Part shown: positions 21,688 through 32,464 of the stretch, one piece after another
Layout: each line of letters opens with the position of its first letter
Numbering within the stretch: the first letter of the stretch is position 1
DNA from: an uncultured delta proteobacterium
GTDB taxonomy: Bacteria; Desulfobacterota; Binatia; Bin18
NCBI GenBank assembly: GCA_963733195.1
Contig: CAVTCR010000033.1
Coordinates: 32,001 to 96,000 of the forward strand
Length of the DNA stretch: 64,000 nucleotides
Direction of reading: 5' to 3'
Notes under the pieces: model-generated
What the model was told of the DNA's origin: nothing
The model's input: the letters and a program-made list of their open reading frames with translations, nothing else
Databases searched by the model: none
Made by a program: the position numbers and the translations under genes

Positions 21688-22767
21688 ATGACAGACTCCC
21701 AGTCTATTGACAAAGAAAAAGTGAAGGCATTTGCCGAACAAGTGTTTGGCTTCCTTGGTGGCACCGTTATCTCGGCAATGATCTACCTCGGCGATCGCAT
21801 GGGGCTTTACCAAGTACTACAAAACTCCGGACCAATGACGAGCGAGGAATTAGCGAAGAAGACCGGTCTGCATGAGCGTTGGATACGTGAGTGGTTGCAG
21901 GGGCAAGCTGCTGCCAGACTGATCGATTACCAAGGTAATGGCCGGTTTGCCTTATCACCTGAGGCTGCACTGGTCTTGGCTAATGAAAATAGCCCCGCGT
22001 TTATTGCTGGGGGCTTTTGTGCTTTACCGCAGTGGATGGCGGTGTTAGAGCGACTGCCCGAATCTTTCAAGAGCGGACTTGGTCTTCCATACGATGCTTT
22101 CGGACCGGAAGGCGCACGCGGGGTCGAACGTTTGTTTGCTCCCTGGTTTCGCACGCAACTCGTGCCGGTGGCTCTACCGCGACTCGACGGAGTCGTCACC
22201 AAGCTTGAGGCGGGCGCGAAAGTCGCTGACGTCGGGTGTGGCTCAGGAGTGGCGCTGGTGGAAATGGCCAAAGCGTATCCAAAGGCATCTTTCCATGGCT
22301 ACGACATCTCTACGAATGCGTTGGCGCGAGCAGAAGCACATAAGGCGCAAAGCGGAGTGCGCAACGCGACTTTCCATAATGTCAACGGTGACGCTCTACC
22401 TGAAGACGCGAGTTTTGATTTCATTACGACCTTCGACTGTATCCATGACATGCCGAATCCTGACTCCGTCATTCGTGCGATTCGCAAAGCGATACATCGA
22501 GATGGAACGTGGCTCATCGCTGACATCCACGGCAAAGGAACATTTGAGGAAAATCTTGTGGATAACCCTATGGCAGGGATGATGTACGCCTTCTCCGTTC
22601 TCAGTTGTATGTCGTCTTCCCTGTCCGTACCGGGAGGTGCAGGGCTCGGAACGCTGGGTTTTAGTGAGCCGGTCGCTCGCGCGATGACTGCTGCGGCTGG
22701 CTTCACGCGCTTCCAGCCGAAAGATTTCGAGAATCCGTTCAATGCCTATTACGAGGTCCGTCCATAA
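21688..22767 (+). CDS. Winged-helix plus class I SAM methyltransferase, tandem paralogue
   Basis: GLHERWIREWL, ADVGCGSG, FDCIHDM, NAYYEVRP. Confidence 0.92.
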   Translation: MTDSQSIDKEKVKAFAEQVFGFLGGTVISAMIYLGDRMGLYQVLQNSGPMTSEELAKKTGLHERWIREWLQGQAAARLIDYQGNGRFALSPEAALVLANENSPAFIAGGFCALPQWMAVLERLPESFKSGLGLPYDAFGPEGARGVERLFAPWFRTQLVPVALPRLDGVVTKLEAGAKVADVGCGSGVALVEMAKAYPKASFHGYDISTNALARAEAHKAQSGVRNATFHNVNGDALPEDASFDFITTFDCIHDMPNPDSVIRAIRKAIHRDGTWLIADIHGKGTFEENLVDNPMAGMMYAFSVLSCMSSSLSVPGGAGLGTLGFSEPVARAMTAAAGFTRFQPKDFENPFNAYYEVRP

Positions 22768-22797
22768 CCCCCACTCTAGAAAGAGAAGAACACGGCA

Positions 22798-23199
22798 ATG
22801 GAAAAGAAATTCATCAATCCACCAACAATTGCGACTCCCCGAGGATATACACATATAGTGACAGCAACCAGCGGGAAGATGGTATTCATCTCCGGGCAGG
22901 TTGCTTTCAATGTGAAAGGTGAACTTGTTGGTAAGGGCGATCTACGGGCGCAAACGACGCAGGTCTATGAGAACTTGAAGAACGCATTGGCTGCAGCCGG
23001 GGCTACGACGGCTGATGTCGTGAAGCTCAATACCTACGTGGTTGACTTTAAGTCCTCTGACTTAGCGGCGATTCGGGAAGTGCGAGGGCAGTATTTCCCG
23101 TTTGAGAATATGCCAGCGAGCACCCTTGTTGGTGTCCAAGCCCTCGCCTTCGAAGGGTTACTGATTGAGATCGAGGCGATTGCGATAGTGAAGGAATAA
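22798..23199 (+). CDS. RidA/YjgF family protein
   Basis: GYTH, FISGQV, PASTLVGVQAL..LLIEIEAIA. Confidence 0.92.
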   Translation: MEKKFINPPTIATPRGYTHIVTATSGKMVFISGQVAFNVKGELVGKGDLRAQTTQVYENLKNALAAAGATTADVVKLNTYVVDFKSSDLAAIREVRGQYFPFENMPASTLVGVQALAFEGLLIEIEAIAIVKE

Positions 23200-23259
23200 C
23201 ACCTCAGGTTAGGACGAAAAGGCAAGAAGCAAAAGGTAAAAGTATCGAAGGAAGAAAAT

Positions 23260-25009
23260 ATGGAACGCACGTTCGATCCTATTCTAGTCGAAGTCATCAA
23301 GAATGAGTTAGCATCTATCACCGAAGAGATGGCGATTGCTGTGTGGAAGACCGGTCGGTCGGCGATGATGAAGACTGGCGACTTTGCTACCGCGATGTGT
23401 GATGGTCAGGGTCGTCTTATTGGTCAAGGGTACGCTGCGCCGTTTCAGCTTGCGTTCTTTATCGAAATGATGCCGTACATCATCAAGAAGTACGGCACGA
23501 ACTTCAAACCTGGAGACGTGATCGTCACGAACGACCCTTATGCTGGCATAACCCATATGCCAGATGTTGCGATTATCGCTCCGTCATTCTGGAAGGATCA
23601 ATTGGTCGCTTTCACCTTGGCCTACTCGCACCATACTGACATCGGCGGACGTTTTCCCGGTGGGTTCAGTAGCCAATGTACGGAGACCTTTGAAGAAGGA
23701 TTACGCTTGCCGACGCTCAAGCTGTACGAAGGCGGCAAACGCAACGAAGCGTTGGTGGAAACGATTTTGGCAAATGTCCGTGTGTCTGACGAATGGCTCG
23801 GTGATGTCGAGGCAAAGATTGCCGGTTGCTGGCGCGGAGAGCGAGAAATTCGCACGTTGCTGGATAAGTATGGTCTAGAAACGTACCAATCTTCTTGTGA
23901 TTATCTGATCGATTACTCCGAACGAGCGACCCGGGCCGCACTGACAGCGATCCCGCCGGGCGAGTATTACTACGAGGATATCTTTGAAGATGATGGTTTT
24001 GGCAGCGATGGTGTGGCCCTGCCGCTGAAAGTCAGGTTGCGAGCGGAGGGGGAGACGCTAACGGTTGATTTTACTGGGTCCGCTCCGCAAGCACGAGGGG
24101 CAATCAATTTGCCATTGAGTATGACGAAGGCGACTGTCTTCGGCACCATCAAGAGTATTGTTGGGACAGACGTTTTGACCAATGTAGGATTTGTTCGACC
24201 CATCAATGTTGTGGCCCCGCTTGGGACGATCGTGAATCCGCGGTTTCCTGCAGCAGTGGGCGGACGGGCACCTCTGTTCTTTCGTGTGTTTGACGTGCTG
24301 TTCCGTGCGTTGGCGAAAGCCCTCCCTGATCGGGTGCCGATTCCTGGAGAAGGTGGAGATGTCCTTCATTTCACTGGACAGAAAGCTGACGGGACGAATT
24401 TCGCCGTAATGGACATTTACTTTGGTGGCTGGGGCGGACGACCGCAGAAAGATGGCATCGACGGTGTCGCGCCGATGTCATTCGGTTCTTATGGGACAAT
24501 TCCTGCCGAGTTGCTGGAGCGTGAGTATCCATTGGTTGTTGATGGTTTCGGCTATGTGCCGGACACCGCTGGAGCGGGGAAGCATCGCGGTTCGTTGTCG
24601 ATCTACAAGCAATGGCGTTTCTTGCAGCCAGGACACATCATGGTGCGGACAAACAGACTGTTACGAGCATCAGACGGGATGGCTGGTGGGCAACCGGGAT
24701 CGCTGTCTACAAATATCTTGAATCCAGGGGATGAGAATACAAGAAGTTCCACGTAAGGCACATATGCACATGGAAGTGAAGCCTGGTGATCGTATCTATC
24801 ATGTTGTGAGTGCATCTGGTGGACACGGGGATCCGTGGGAGCGCGAGCCGGAGAAAGTCCTTGCCGATGTGAAAGATGAAAAACTGACAGCAAGAGCAGC
24901 GCGAGAACAGTATGGGGTGGTGATTAACGTGCCTGACCTCAGCGTGGATTGGGGGAGAACAACTGCGTTACGCCTGCAGCGACAAATGCCAGCCGCAGCG
25001 GCAGATTAG
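23260..25009 (+). CDS. Hydantoinase B/oxoprolinase family protein (frameshift near 24740)
   Basis: NDPYAGITHMPD, HHTDIGG, EEGLRLP; C-terminus SGGHGDPWERE lies in a second frame. Confidence 0.9.
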
Positions 25010-25027
25010 TAGAACCGACGTGAGCGC

Positions 25028-25414
25028 TTACCATACTGTACGGATTGGATATTGGGAAATGAGTGGATCCGGGGTCAAGAGAACCATACCATGAACAATA
25101 GCTTGGCAGATTAACATGCGATCAAATGGGTCCTTATGAGCCAGAGGTAACTTTCCAAGATACAGGGATGCTTCTTCCTCTAATGGTAGAGACTCAATGC
25201 CATGTTTGGTCCTTTGAGCGGGAATGTATTGCTCCGGAGATGCTGGCAAGGGAAGTTTACCGAGCGCATGTTTGACGCCCATCTCCCAGGTACAAACCAC
25301 ACTCAGATATACCTCGTTTTCTCTTTCAACAAACAACTCTAATGCCCGCTGCGACAAAGCAGGAGCGTCAGTTGCGATCCAGAGAAATGTACACGTATCT
25401 AACAGGATCTTCAT
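25028..25414 (-). CDS. vapC: VapC PIN-domain toxin
   Basis: ILLDTCTFLW, WEMGVK, HKDPFDRMLICQA. Confidence 0.93.
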   Translation of the reverse strand: MKILLDTCTFLWIATDAPALSQRALELFVERENEVYLSVVCTWEMGVKHALGKLPLPASPEQYIPAQRTKHGIESLPLEEEASLYLGKLPLAHKDPFDRMLICQAIVHGMVLLTPDPLISQYPIRTVW

Positions 25415-25656
25415 GGCTCTTGCCCAGCAAATACGTTGAGGATCTCATCGGGCAACGGTTCAAAAAACTCCGGAGGGACCGTGAATTCTCCCTTTGCTAA
25501 CCCAACTGGACGCTTACCTTTCTGTTGGGCAGGAAGAGGGCGAATTTCAGCAATTGGGACATTTCGTTTACACAAAAGAATGGATTCCCCTTTCTCTAAT
25601 AGAGGAAGATAACGAGAAAGATGAGTCTTTGCCTCATGGATGTTAAGTTTTTTCAT
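25411..25656 (-). CDS. Phd/YefM-family antitoxin
   Basis: LNIHEAKTHLSRYL..GESILL..PIAEI..FFEPLPDEIL; 4-nt overlap with the toxin gene. Confidence 0.9.
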   Translation of the reverse strand: MKKLNIHEAKTHLSRYLPLLEKGESILLCKRNVPIAEIRPLPAQQKGKRPVGLAKGEFTVPPEFFEPLPDEILNVFAGQEP

Positions 25657-25663
25657 AGTTTAA

Positions 25664-25692
25664 TTCATAGGCTGAAAAGTGAACTAAGTCAA
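25664..25692 (-). promoter_or_regulatory. Putative promoter of the TA operon (leaderless) overlapping an imperfect palindrome
   Basis: On the - strand: TTGACT-17 nt-TATGAA, then 7 nt to the ATG; imperfect palindrome AAAAGTGAACTAAGTCAATTTT. Confidence 0.55.
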
Positions 25693-25709
25693 TTTTGCTA
25701 GAGGATCTT

Positions 25710-27761
25710 ATGCGCGTTGGTTTCGACATAGGTGGAACATTTACAGATGTCATAGTGCTAGGGGATGACGGTCGGCTGACGACCGCGAAAGTGTTGTCGC
25801 TTCTTGATCGTGTGGGAGAAGACATTGTTAGGTGCGTGCAACGCTCAGCCTCACACGCGAAGGTTGAGAGTTTTGTCCACGGTACGACAATTGGCTCAAA
25901 TGCGGTGATCGAGAATAAAACCGCTTTGACGGGACTGATTACTACAAAGGGTTTTCGTGATGAGTTAGAGATGCGTGGGCAGCGACGCCCCAATATCTAT
26001 GATGCATCGTGGGATCGTTTACCACCACTCGTCCCACGTTCATTACGCCTTGAAGTGCACGAGCGTGCCCTTGGCGACGGCACTATTGAACAGCCGCTCG
26101 ACCCGAAAGACGCACAAACTGTGATTCGTACGCTTCTTGATGCGCATGTGGAAGCAATCGCGGTTGCGCTGGTGAATTCATACCTGAATCCTCTCCACGA
26201 GCAGCAAATCGGCCGACTGATCTTGGAAATGGCTCCCCGTATGGTGGTGTGCCTATCGTCGGATATTCACCCAGAGATTCGCGAGTATGAACGCACGAGT
26301 ACAACCGTCATCAACGCCTCGCTTATTCCGGTGGTTGATCGCTACTTGAATCAATTAGAGAAACATTTGTCTGCCTACAGCAATCGACTACTGATTATGC
26401 AGTCGAATGGCGGGATCATGACCGCGCAAGGAGCGCGACGACGCCCGGCGTATATGATCGAATCGGGACCGGCAGCAGGAGTTTTGGCCGCGTCGCGACT
26501 AGCGGCGGAATCAGGACTCACTCAGGTGTTGTCGTTCGATATGGGAGGAACGACCGCTAAGGCGTGCCTCATTGAGAATGGTGTTCCGCTGGAAAAAGCC
26601 GGCGGAGAAGTCGGTGGTGGCGCGACCATGACGACTCGCCTCTTTGGCGGAGGAGGTCATGCGCTTCGCGTTCCATCTCTCGATATTGTCGAAGTCGGAG
26701 CTGGTGGCGGAAGCGTTGCTTGGATCGATGATGGTGGTGCGCTGCGTGTTGGTCCGCAGAGTGCGGGAGCTGAACCAGGACCAGTCTGCTATGGGCGTGG
26801 CGGACAAGAAGCAACAGTGACCGACGCGAACGTCGTGCTTGGTTATATCAACCCTGAAGCGATTGCTGGATCAACGTTACGGATCAATCGCCAAGCCGCG
26901 TTGGAAGCGATCGAACAGAAGTTGGCCAAGCCGTTGAACCTCGACGTGCTACGGGCTGCGTATGGCATCACACAAGTTGCTAATGCGGCGATGATGCGCG
27001 CGCTCCGCGCGGTTTCAACCGAACGAGGACGTGATCCACGCCAGTTTACCTTGCTCGCTTTTGGCGGTTCTGGCCCCGTGCATGCTGTTGCACTGGCGGA
27101 GAGTTTAGGTATTGGCCGTGTGCTGGTCCCGTTGTTCCCCGGACTCTTCAGTGCGTTGGGATTGCTCCTGGCAGACTATCGCCACGATTACATTCGCAGT
27201 GTTGCGACAGCACTTGAGAAGGTGAATGTGGAAGAGCTACGCCATCAGTATGAGGTGATGGAAGCAACGGCCCGAGAGGAACTCTTGCAAGAGGGCGTGG
27301 CAAGCGATGCTATTCGTTTTGAACGACAAATCGACCTCAAGTATGGCTATCAAGTGTCTGAAATCAACTTACCGTTTCCGACTGTGAACACGCTGGAGCT
27401 ACGAGCGGAGTTATCTCGGATATTTACCGAGGCTCATAAACAGGCTTTCGGATATGACCGTGATGACACGATTGAAGTCGTCAACCTGCGACTGCGGGCA
27501 TTGGCTTCAGCAGGAAGTCTGCGTTTTACTGACCTAGTCAGCCGAGCAAATGGGCAAGGCGCAGGGAATAGTTCTTCGCGCGACGCGTATTTCGGACCGA
27601 CGCACGGCACGCAATCCACCCCCATCCGTTGTCGTGCTGATATTGCGACAGAACAGACTGGGCCGTTGATTGTTGAAGAGCCGGATACGACGATTGTTGT
27701 TCCTCCGAGGTGGAAAGTCCAGAAAGACGAACAGGCGAACCTGATATTGCTGAAAATGTAA
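25710..27761 (+). CDS. Hydantoinase A/oxoprolinase family protein
   Basis: DIGGTFTD, HGTTIGSNA, ESGPAAG, DMGGTT, SAGAEPGP. Confidence 0.93.
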   Translation: MRVGFDIGGTFTDVIVLGDDGRLTTAKVLSLLDRVGEDIVRCVQRSASHAKVESFVHGTTIGSNAVIENKTALTGLITTKGFRDELEMRGQRRPNIYDASWDRLPPLVPRSLRLEVHERALGDGTIEQPLDPKDAQTVIRTLLDAHVEAIAVALVNSYLNPLHEQQIGRLILEMAPRMVVCLSSDIHPEIREYERTSTTVINASLIPVVDRYLNQLEKHLSAYSNRLLIMQSNGGIMTAQGARRRPAYMIESGPAAGVLAASRLAAESGLTQVLSFDMGGTTAKACLIENGVPLEKAGGEVGGGATMTTRLFGGGGHALRVPSLDIVEVGAGGGSVAWIDDGGALRVGPQSAGAEPGPVCYGRGGQEATVTDANVVLGYINPEAIAGSTLRINRQAALEAIEQKLAKPLNLDVLRAAYGITQVANAAMMRALRAVSTERGRDPRQFTLLAFGGSGPVHAVALAESLGIGRVLVPLFPGLFSALGLLLADYRHDYIRSVATALEKVNVEELRHQYEVMEATAREELLQEGVASDAIRFERQIDLKYGYQVSEINLPFPTVNTLELRAELSRIFTEAHKQAFGYDRDDTIEVVNLRLRALASAGSLRFTDLVSRANGQGAGNSSSRDAYFGPTHGTQSTPIRCRADIATEQTGPLIVEEPDTTIVVPPRWKVQKDEQANLILLKM

Positions 27762-27802
27762 GCTGGGCTTGGTTCTTTCATGTGAGACAGATTCACACTG
27801 TC

Positions 27803-28171
27803 CTATATCACGACTTCTAAATGAAGTTCCTCCGCAACTCGGGGAGTCATTTTTCGCCCGCTTTCCTGACGCAACTCTACTAAGCCGGAGTCAGCCAGTT
27901 CCTTGATTTCCTCATAGACGCGTTTGAAATCTCTCTTGGCGAGCGTAGCCAGTTCGTTAATCGAAGCAGGATGCTGTTGACGAATGAGGCGAATAAGAGC
28001 AATCCGTTTCGGAGTCAAGAAACGGCGGAGCGCTTCCGCGCTGGTAAAAAAGAGACGCTGTCTTTTCGGTTGTATCTTCTTTCCCGCAGCCACTGCTTTC
28101 ATTGTCGCGGCAGTTTCGGCGAGAACTTCATCTACAGTACGAATACCTATTGTTACCTTTTTGATTTTCAT
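27803..28171 (-). CDS. HTH antitoxin-like regulator (TumA/HVO_A0114-like)
   Basis: LTPKRIALIRLI..PASINELATLAKRDFKRVYEEI..L..SGLV; overlaps the upstream toxin-like gene. Confidence 0.75.
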   Translation of the reverse strand: MKIKKVTIGIRTVDEVLAETAATMKAVAAGKKIQPKRQRLFFTSAEALRRFLTPKRIALIRLIRQQHPASINELATLAKRDFKRVYEEIKELADSGLVELRQESGRKMTPRVAEELHLEVVI

Positions 28172-28470
28172 GATTTGCTCCTTCTTGCTCGTGCTATGTC
28201 AGCGCGAAAGTCAGCAATCAGCGCATCCACATTCTGGTACGCATAGGATCCTTCCTCTCCGAGCACATGACGGTGGTGACTTTTCGGCCAATGATTGTCA
28301 TATCCCACCACTCGTTCTCCCATAGGGGAAATCAACGCAAGGGAGTAATCGACCCCGTCTGGATTCATTCGATTATGCTCTACTTCCCAGACTTTGATGA
28401 TGATACGCCACCCCTCATCGTCGCGGAGTTCATCGTGTAATAGTAGGGTCGCCTTACGTCTTCGTTTCAT
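28168..28470 (-). CDS. DUF6516/TumE-like toxin
   Basis: IKVWEV..PDGVDYSL..GERVVGYDN..KSHHRH..LIADF. Confidence 0.75.
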   Translation of the reverse strand: MKRRRKATLLLHDELRDDEGWRIIIKVWEVEHNRMNPDGVDYSLALISPMGERVVGYDNHWPKSHHRHVLGEEGSYAYQNVDALIADFRADIARARRSKS

Positions 28471-28489
28471 TATGGCGAAGATTGCCATA
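28471..28489. promoter_or_regulatory. Palindrome abutting the toxin start codon (candidate autoregulatory operator)
   Basis: TATGGC-GAAGATT-GCCATA. Confidence 0.45.
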
Positions 28490-28601
28490 GCTAGGAACTA
28501 CCGTCCATCCGTCGGTGTAGCCACTGGGCCGCTTTTCTCTTTGCATTTTGACGCTGCCATGATACAGCAACGCTAAGCCATGTTACGGGTAAGGCAACAG
28601 C

Positions 28602-31600
28602 ATGCAGTGTGTGAGTTGCGGGTTTGAGAATCCCGAAGGGATGAAGTTCTGTGAAGAGTGCGGGACGAAGTTCATACAGCTTTGCCCAAGCTGTGGATAC
28701 GAGGTAAGACCAACCGCCAAGTTCTGTGGCGAGTGTGGCACTGCGCTTACCGGAAAGGCAAAAGGCAAAAAGCAAAAGGCAAAGAAAGTCGTCAGTCCTC
28801 AGTCATCAGTTGTCAGTTCCTCCCAGCCTCCCGCTCCGCAGGCTTTAACTACCGAACTCCAAACTCAGGACCCTAGCTCTCAGACGCTAGACCCTAGACT
28901 GAAAGACTCTAGACGAGACGCCGCCGAAAGGCGGCAGTTGACCGTGATGTTCTGTGACCTGGTGGGTTCTACCGCGCTCTCCGAGCAACTTGATCCCGAA
29001 GAATGGCGTGAGGTGGTGCAGACGCTATCAAGAGACCTGTGCGGAGGTGGTCAGCCGCGTTGACGGACATATTGCCCAGTATCTAGGTGATGGATTACTC
29101 GTCTACTTTGGCTATCCCACTGCCCACGAAGATGATGCCCAGCGCGCCGTACGGGCAGCCATCGGGATTGTGGAGGCTATCCAACACGTTCCATTACTCC
29201 AATCTCACGGCGTACAAGTACGCATCGGCATTCACACCGGCCTAGTCGTCGTGGGCGAGATTGGAAGCGGGAGACGAGAACAGTTGGCCTTGGGCGAGAC
29301 TCCCAATATTGCGGCGCGGCTGCAAGGACTCGCGGAGCCGAATACGGTAGTCGTCAGTGCCGCCACGCAGCGTTTGATGCTCGGCTTATTTGACTGTCAG
29401 GACCTGGGTCGGCAAGAGCTAAAAGGCGTCTCGGCGCCGCTCCAGGTCTATCGTGTCCTGAGTGAAAGCAGTGCCCAGAGCCGTCTGGAGGTCGAGGTCA
29501 GCACCGGCAGGTTAACTCCCTTGGTGGGCAGAGCCCATGAGGTGGGCTTAATCCTAGAGCGCTGGACGGCAGCGCAGGCGGGCGATGGTCAAGTCGTGTT
29601 GCTGAACGGTGAGCCGGGCATCGGCAAATCGCGCCTGGTACAGGAGGTCAAGGAGCGACGTCGTACAGCAGGGAGCTATCTGCCTGGAGTTTCGCTGTTC
29701 CCCGTACTCCCAGAATAGTGCTCTCTATCCGGTCATTACCCACCTGCAGCGGTGTTGCAGGTCGAGCGGGACGATCCGCCTCAGGCCAAGCTGGCCAAAC
29801 TCCAGCAGACGCTGACGCGCTATCACTTCCCCCAGGCCGATACTCTCTCGCTCTTGGCCGCGCTGCTCTCACTTGCCCCATCCGGAGGATGCTCCCACCG
29901 CTGACGCTGAGTCCGCAGAAACAGAAGCAGAAGACCCAAGAGGCGTTAGTCGCGTGGCTCGTGGAAGAAGCCGAGCGACACCCGGTGTACTGTGTCTGGG
30001 AAGACTTGCACTGGGCTGATCCTTCCACCTTAGAACTCTTAGGTCTCCTGCTCGACCAAGTGCCGACGGCCCGGATGCTGGTGCTGTTGACCGCGCGGCC
30101 CGAGTTCACGCCGCCGTGGAGCAGTCGTACGCACCTGACCCCACTGACCTTGGCCCGGCTCCCGCGCACGCAGGCAGGGGAGATGATCGAGAAGGTCACA
30201 GGCGGCAAGCCGCTCCCGGCCGAAGTGCAACAACAGATTGTGAGTAAGACCGATGGCGTGCCGCTGTTTGTCGAAGAGCTAACCAAGATGGTGCTGGAGT
30301 CGGGGATCGTCAGAGAACAGGACGGCTCCTATGCGCTCACAGGACCGCTGCCTCCACTGGCGATTCCCACCACGCTGCACGACTCGCTCATGGCGCGGCT
30401 CGATCGGTTGGCCACGGTCAAAGAGGTGGCGCAGATGGGGGCGACCTTGGGGCGGGAGTTTTCCTATGAGTTGATTCACGCTGTCTCGCCGGGAGACGAG
30501 ACGAACCTTGCAGCAAGCACTGACGAAGCTGGTGGAAGCCGAAGTGCTCTACCAGCGGGGGCTGCCGCCGCAGGCACGCTACATCTTCAAGCATGCCTTG
30601 ATTCAGGACGCGGCCTATCAGTCGTTGCTCAAGAGCAGACGGCAGCAGTATCACCAACAGATTGCCCACGTGTTAGAAGAGCAATTTCCGGAGATCGAAA
30701 GAGACGCAACCCGAACTGCTGGCCCATCACTACACCGAGGCGGGGCTCAGCGAGCAGGCCATTCCCTATTGGCAGCAGGCAGGGCAAAGAGCCATCGAGC
30801 GCTCGGCCAATGTGGAAGCGATCGGTCACCTCACAAGGGGCTGGAGTTGCTCAAGACCCTGCCGGACACTCCCGAGCGCGCCCAGCAAGAACTCACGCTG
30901 CAAATCACCCTGGGCGCGCCGTTGATAGCCACCAAAGGCTATGCGGCCCCGGAAGTGGAAAAAGCCTACACCCGGGCACGGGAGCTGTGTCAGCAGGTGG
31001 GAGAGACTCCTCAGCTCTTCCCGGTGCTGTGCAGGACTGTGGGCGTTTTATTTAGTGCGGGCGGAGTTACCAGACGGCACGTGAGCTGGCGGAGCAGCTG
31101 CTCAGCTTGGCCCAGCGCCATGCAAGATCCTGCTCTCCTCGTGGAGGCCCACTATGCACTGGGGCTGACCTTGTTCTGTCTTGGGAGAGTTAGCCCCGGC
31201 CCGAGAGCACTTGGAGCAGGGCATTACCCTCTATGACCCCCAGCAGCATCGCTCCCTTGCCCTTCTCTATGGACGAGGACCCTGGAGTGTGTTGCCGCGG
31301 CTTGTGCGGCCTTGGCCTTGTGGTTGCTTGGCTATCCGGACCAAGCCCTGAAGAGGACCACGAGGCGCTCACCTTGGCCCAGGAGCTGTCTCACCCCTTT
31401 AGCTTGGCGTATGCCCTGACTTTGCTGCCTGGCTCCATCAATTCCGCCGGGAGGGGCAGGCAGCCCAAGAGCGGGCAGAGGCAGCTGATTGCACTCTCGA
31501 CTGAGCAGGGGTTTCCGTTCTGTTGGCGTATGGGAACTATCCTGCAGGGCTGGGCGCTGGCCGAGCAGGGGCAGGGAGAGGAAGGGATTGCGCAGATGCG

Positions 31601-32085
31601 CCAGGGCCTGGCCGCCTACCGGGCCACGGGGGCAGAGCTGTGGCGGCCATATTTTCTTGCCCTGCTGGCCGAGGCGTATGGGAAAGTGGGACAGCCAGAG
31701 GAAGGGCTAGCGTGCTGGCCGAGGCGCTGGCTATGGTGGACAAAAATGGGGAGCGTTTCTACGAGGCGGAGCTGTATCGGCTGCAAAGGCGAGCTGACGC
31801 TCGCATCAGTCTAGCGTCCAGCAAGTCTCAGAGTCCAAGACGTCTCAAGTCCGAAGGAAGCCGAAGAGTGTTTTCTGCAAGGCCATCGAGATTGCCCGCC
31901 AGCAACAAGCGAAGTCGCTGGAGCTGCGCGCGGCGATGAGCTTGAGCCGGCTGTGGCAGCAGCAAGGCAAGAAAGACGAAGCTCACAAGATGTTGGCCGA
32001 GATCTACGGCTGGTTCACCGAAGGCTTTGATACCAAAGACTTGCAAGAGGCAAAGGAGTTGCTGGAGGAACTGAAAGGAGCATGA
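28602..32085 (+). pseudogene. Double zinc-ribbon / class III nucleotidyl cyclase / AAA (STAND) / TPR protein with many frameshifts (pseudogene or assembly error)
   Basis: Four CxxC pairs, [68 protein letters not shown], spread over many frames. Confidence 0.88.
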
Positions 32086-32088
32086 CCA

Positions 32089-32316
32089 ATGAATCAAGTG
32101 CATCCACTCTCCATTACCAACGGCTCGCTCGTACTCGATGCGGCCATCCTCAAAGAAGCCCATATTGCAGATAAAGCCAGAGTCATTGTGCAAGAGGGGA
32201 AGATCACAATCTTGCCGGACAACGACATTATCGAGGAGTCTTTTGGGTCGATCAAAGTGCCCAAAGCGACAGCACGATATATCGCTGAGAGCAAGGATCT
32301 CGAATATGACGGTTGA
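32089..32316 (+). CDS. Small AbrB/MazE-like antitoxin candidate
   Basis: 75 aa with NGSLVL..VIVQEGKITILP; overlaps a PIN fragment. Confidence 0.55.
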   Translation: MNQVHPLSITNGSLVLDAAILKEAHIADKARVIVQEGKITILPDNDIIEESFGSIKVPKATARYIAESKDLEYDG

Positions 32317-32437
32317 TGAAATCCGTGACGGTGAAGCGATTTTCCTCGATGCGAATATCTTTGTGTATCATTTGTGTGAACGTACCTCTTGTTGTCATCA
32401 AACCGGGCTGGTAATCTCCTGCCGTCTACTATCGTGA
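32306..32437 (+). pseudogene. Truncated PIN-domain toxin
   Basis: MTVDEIRDGEAIFLDANIFVYH is a PIN N-terminus; similarity is lost after about 23 aa. Confidence 0.65.
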
Positions 32438-32464
32438 TAACTCAACAAAAAGGAGGAGTCTGCC

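Noticed and set aside
27781-27797. CRP/FNR-like site TGTGA-N7-TCACA
   Set aside because: The spacer is 7 rather than 6 nt, and the site lies between convergent gene ends.
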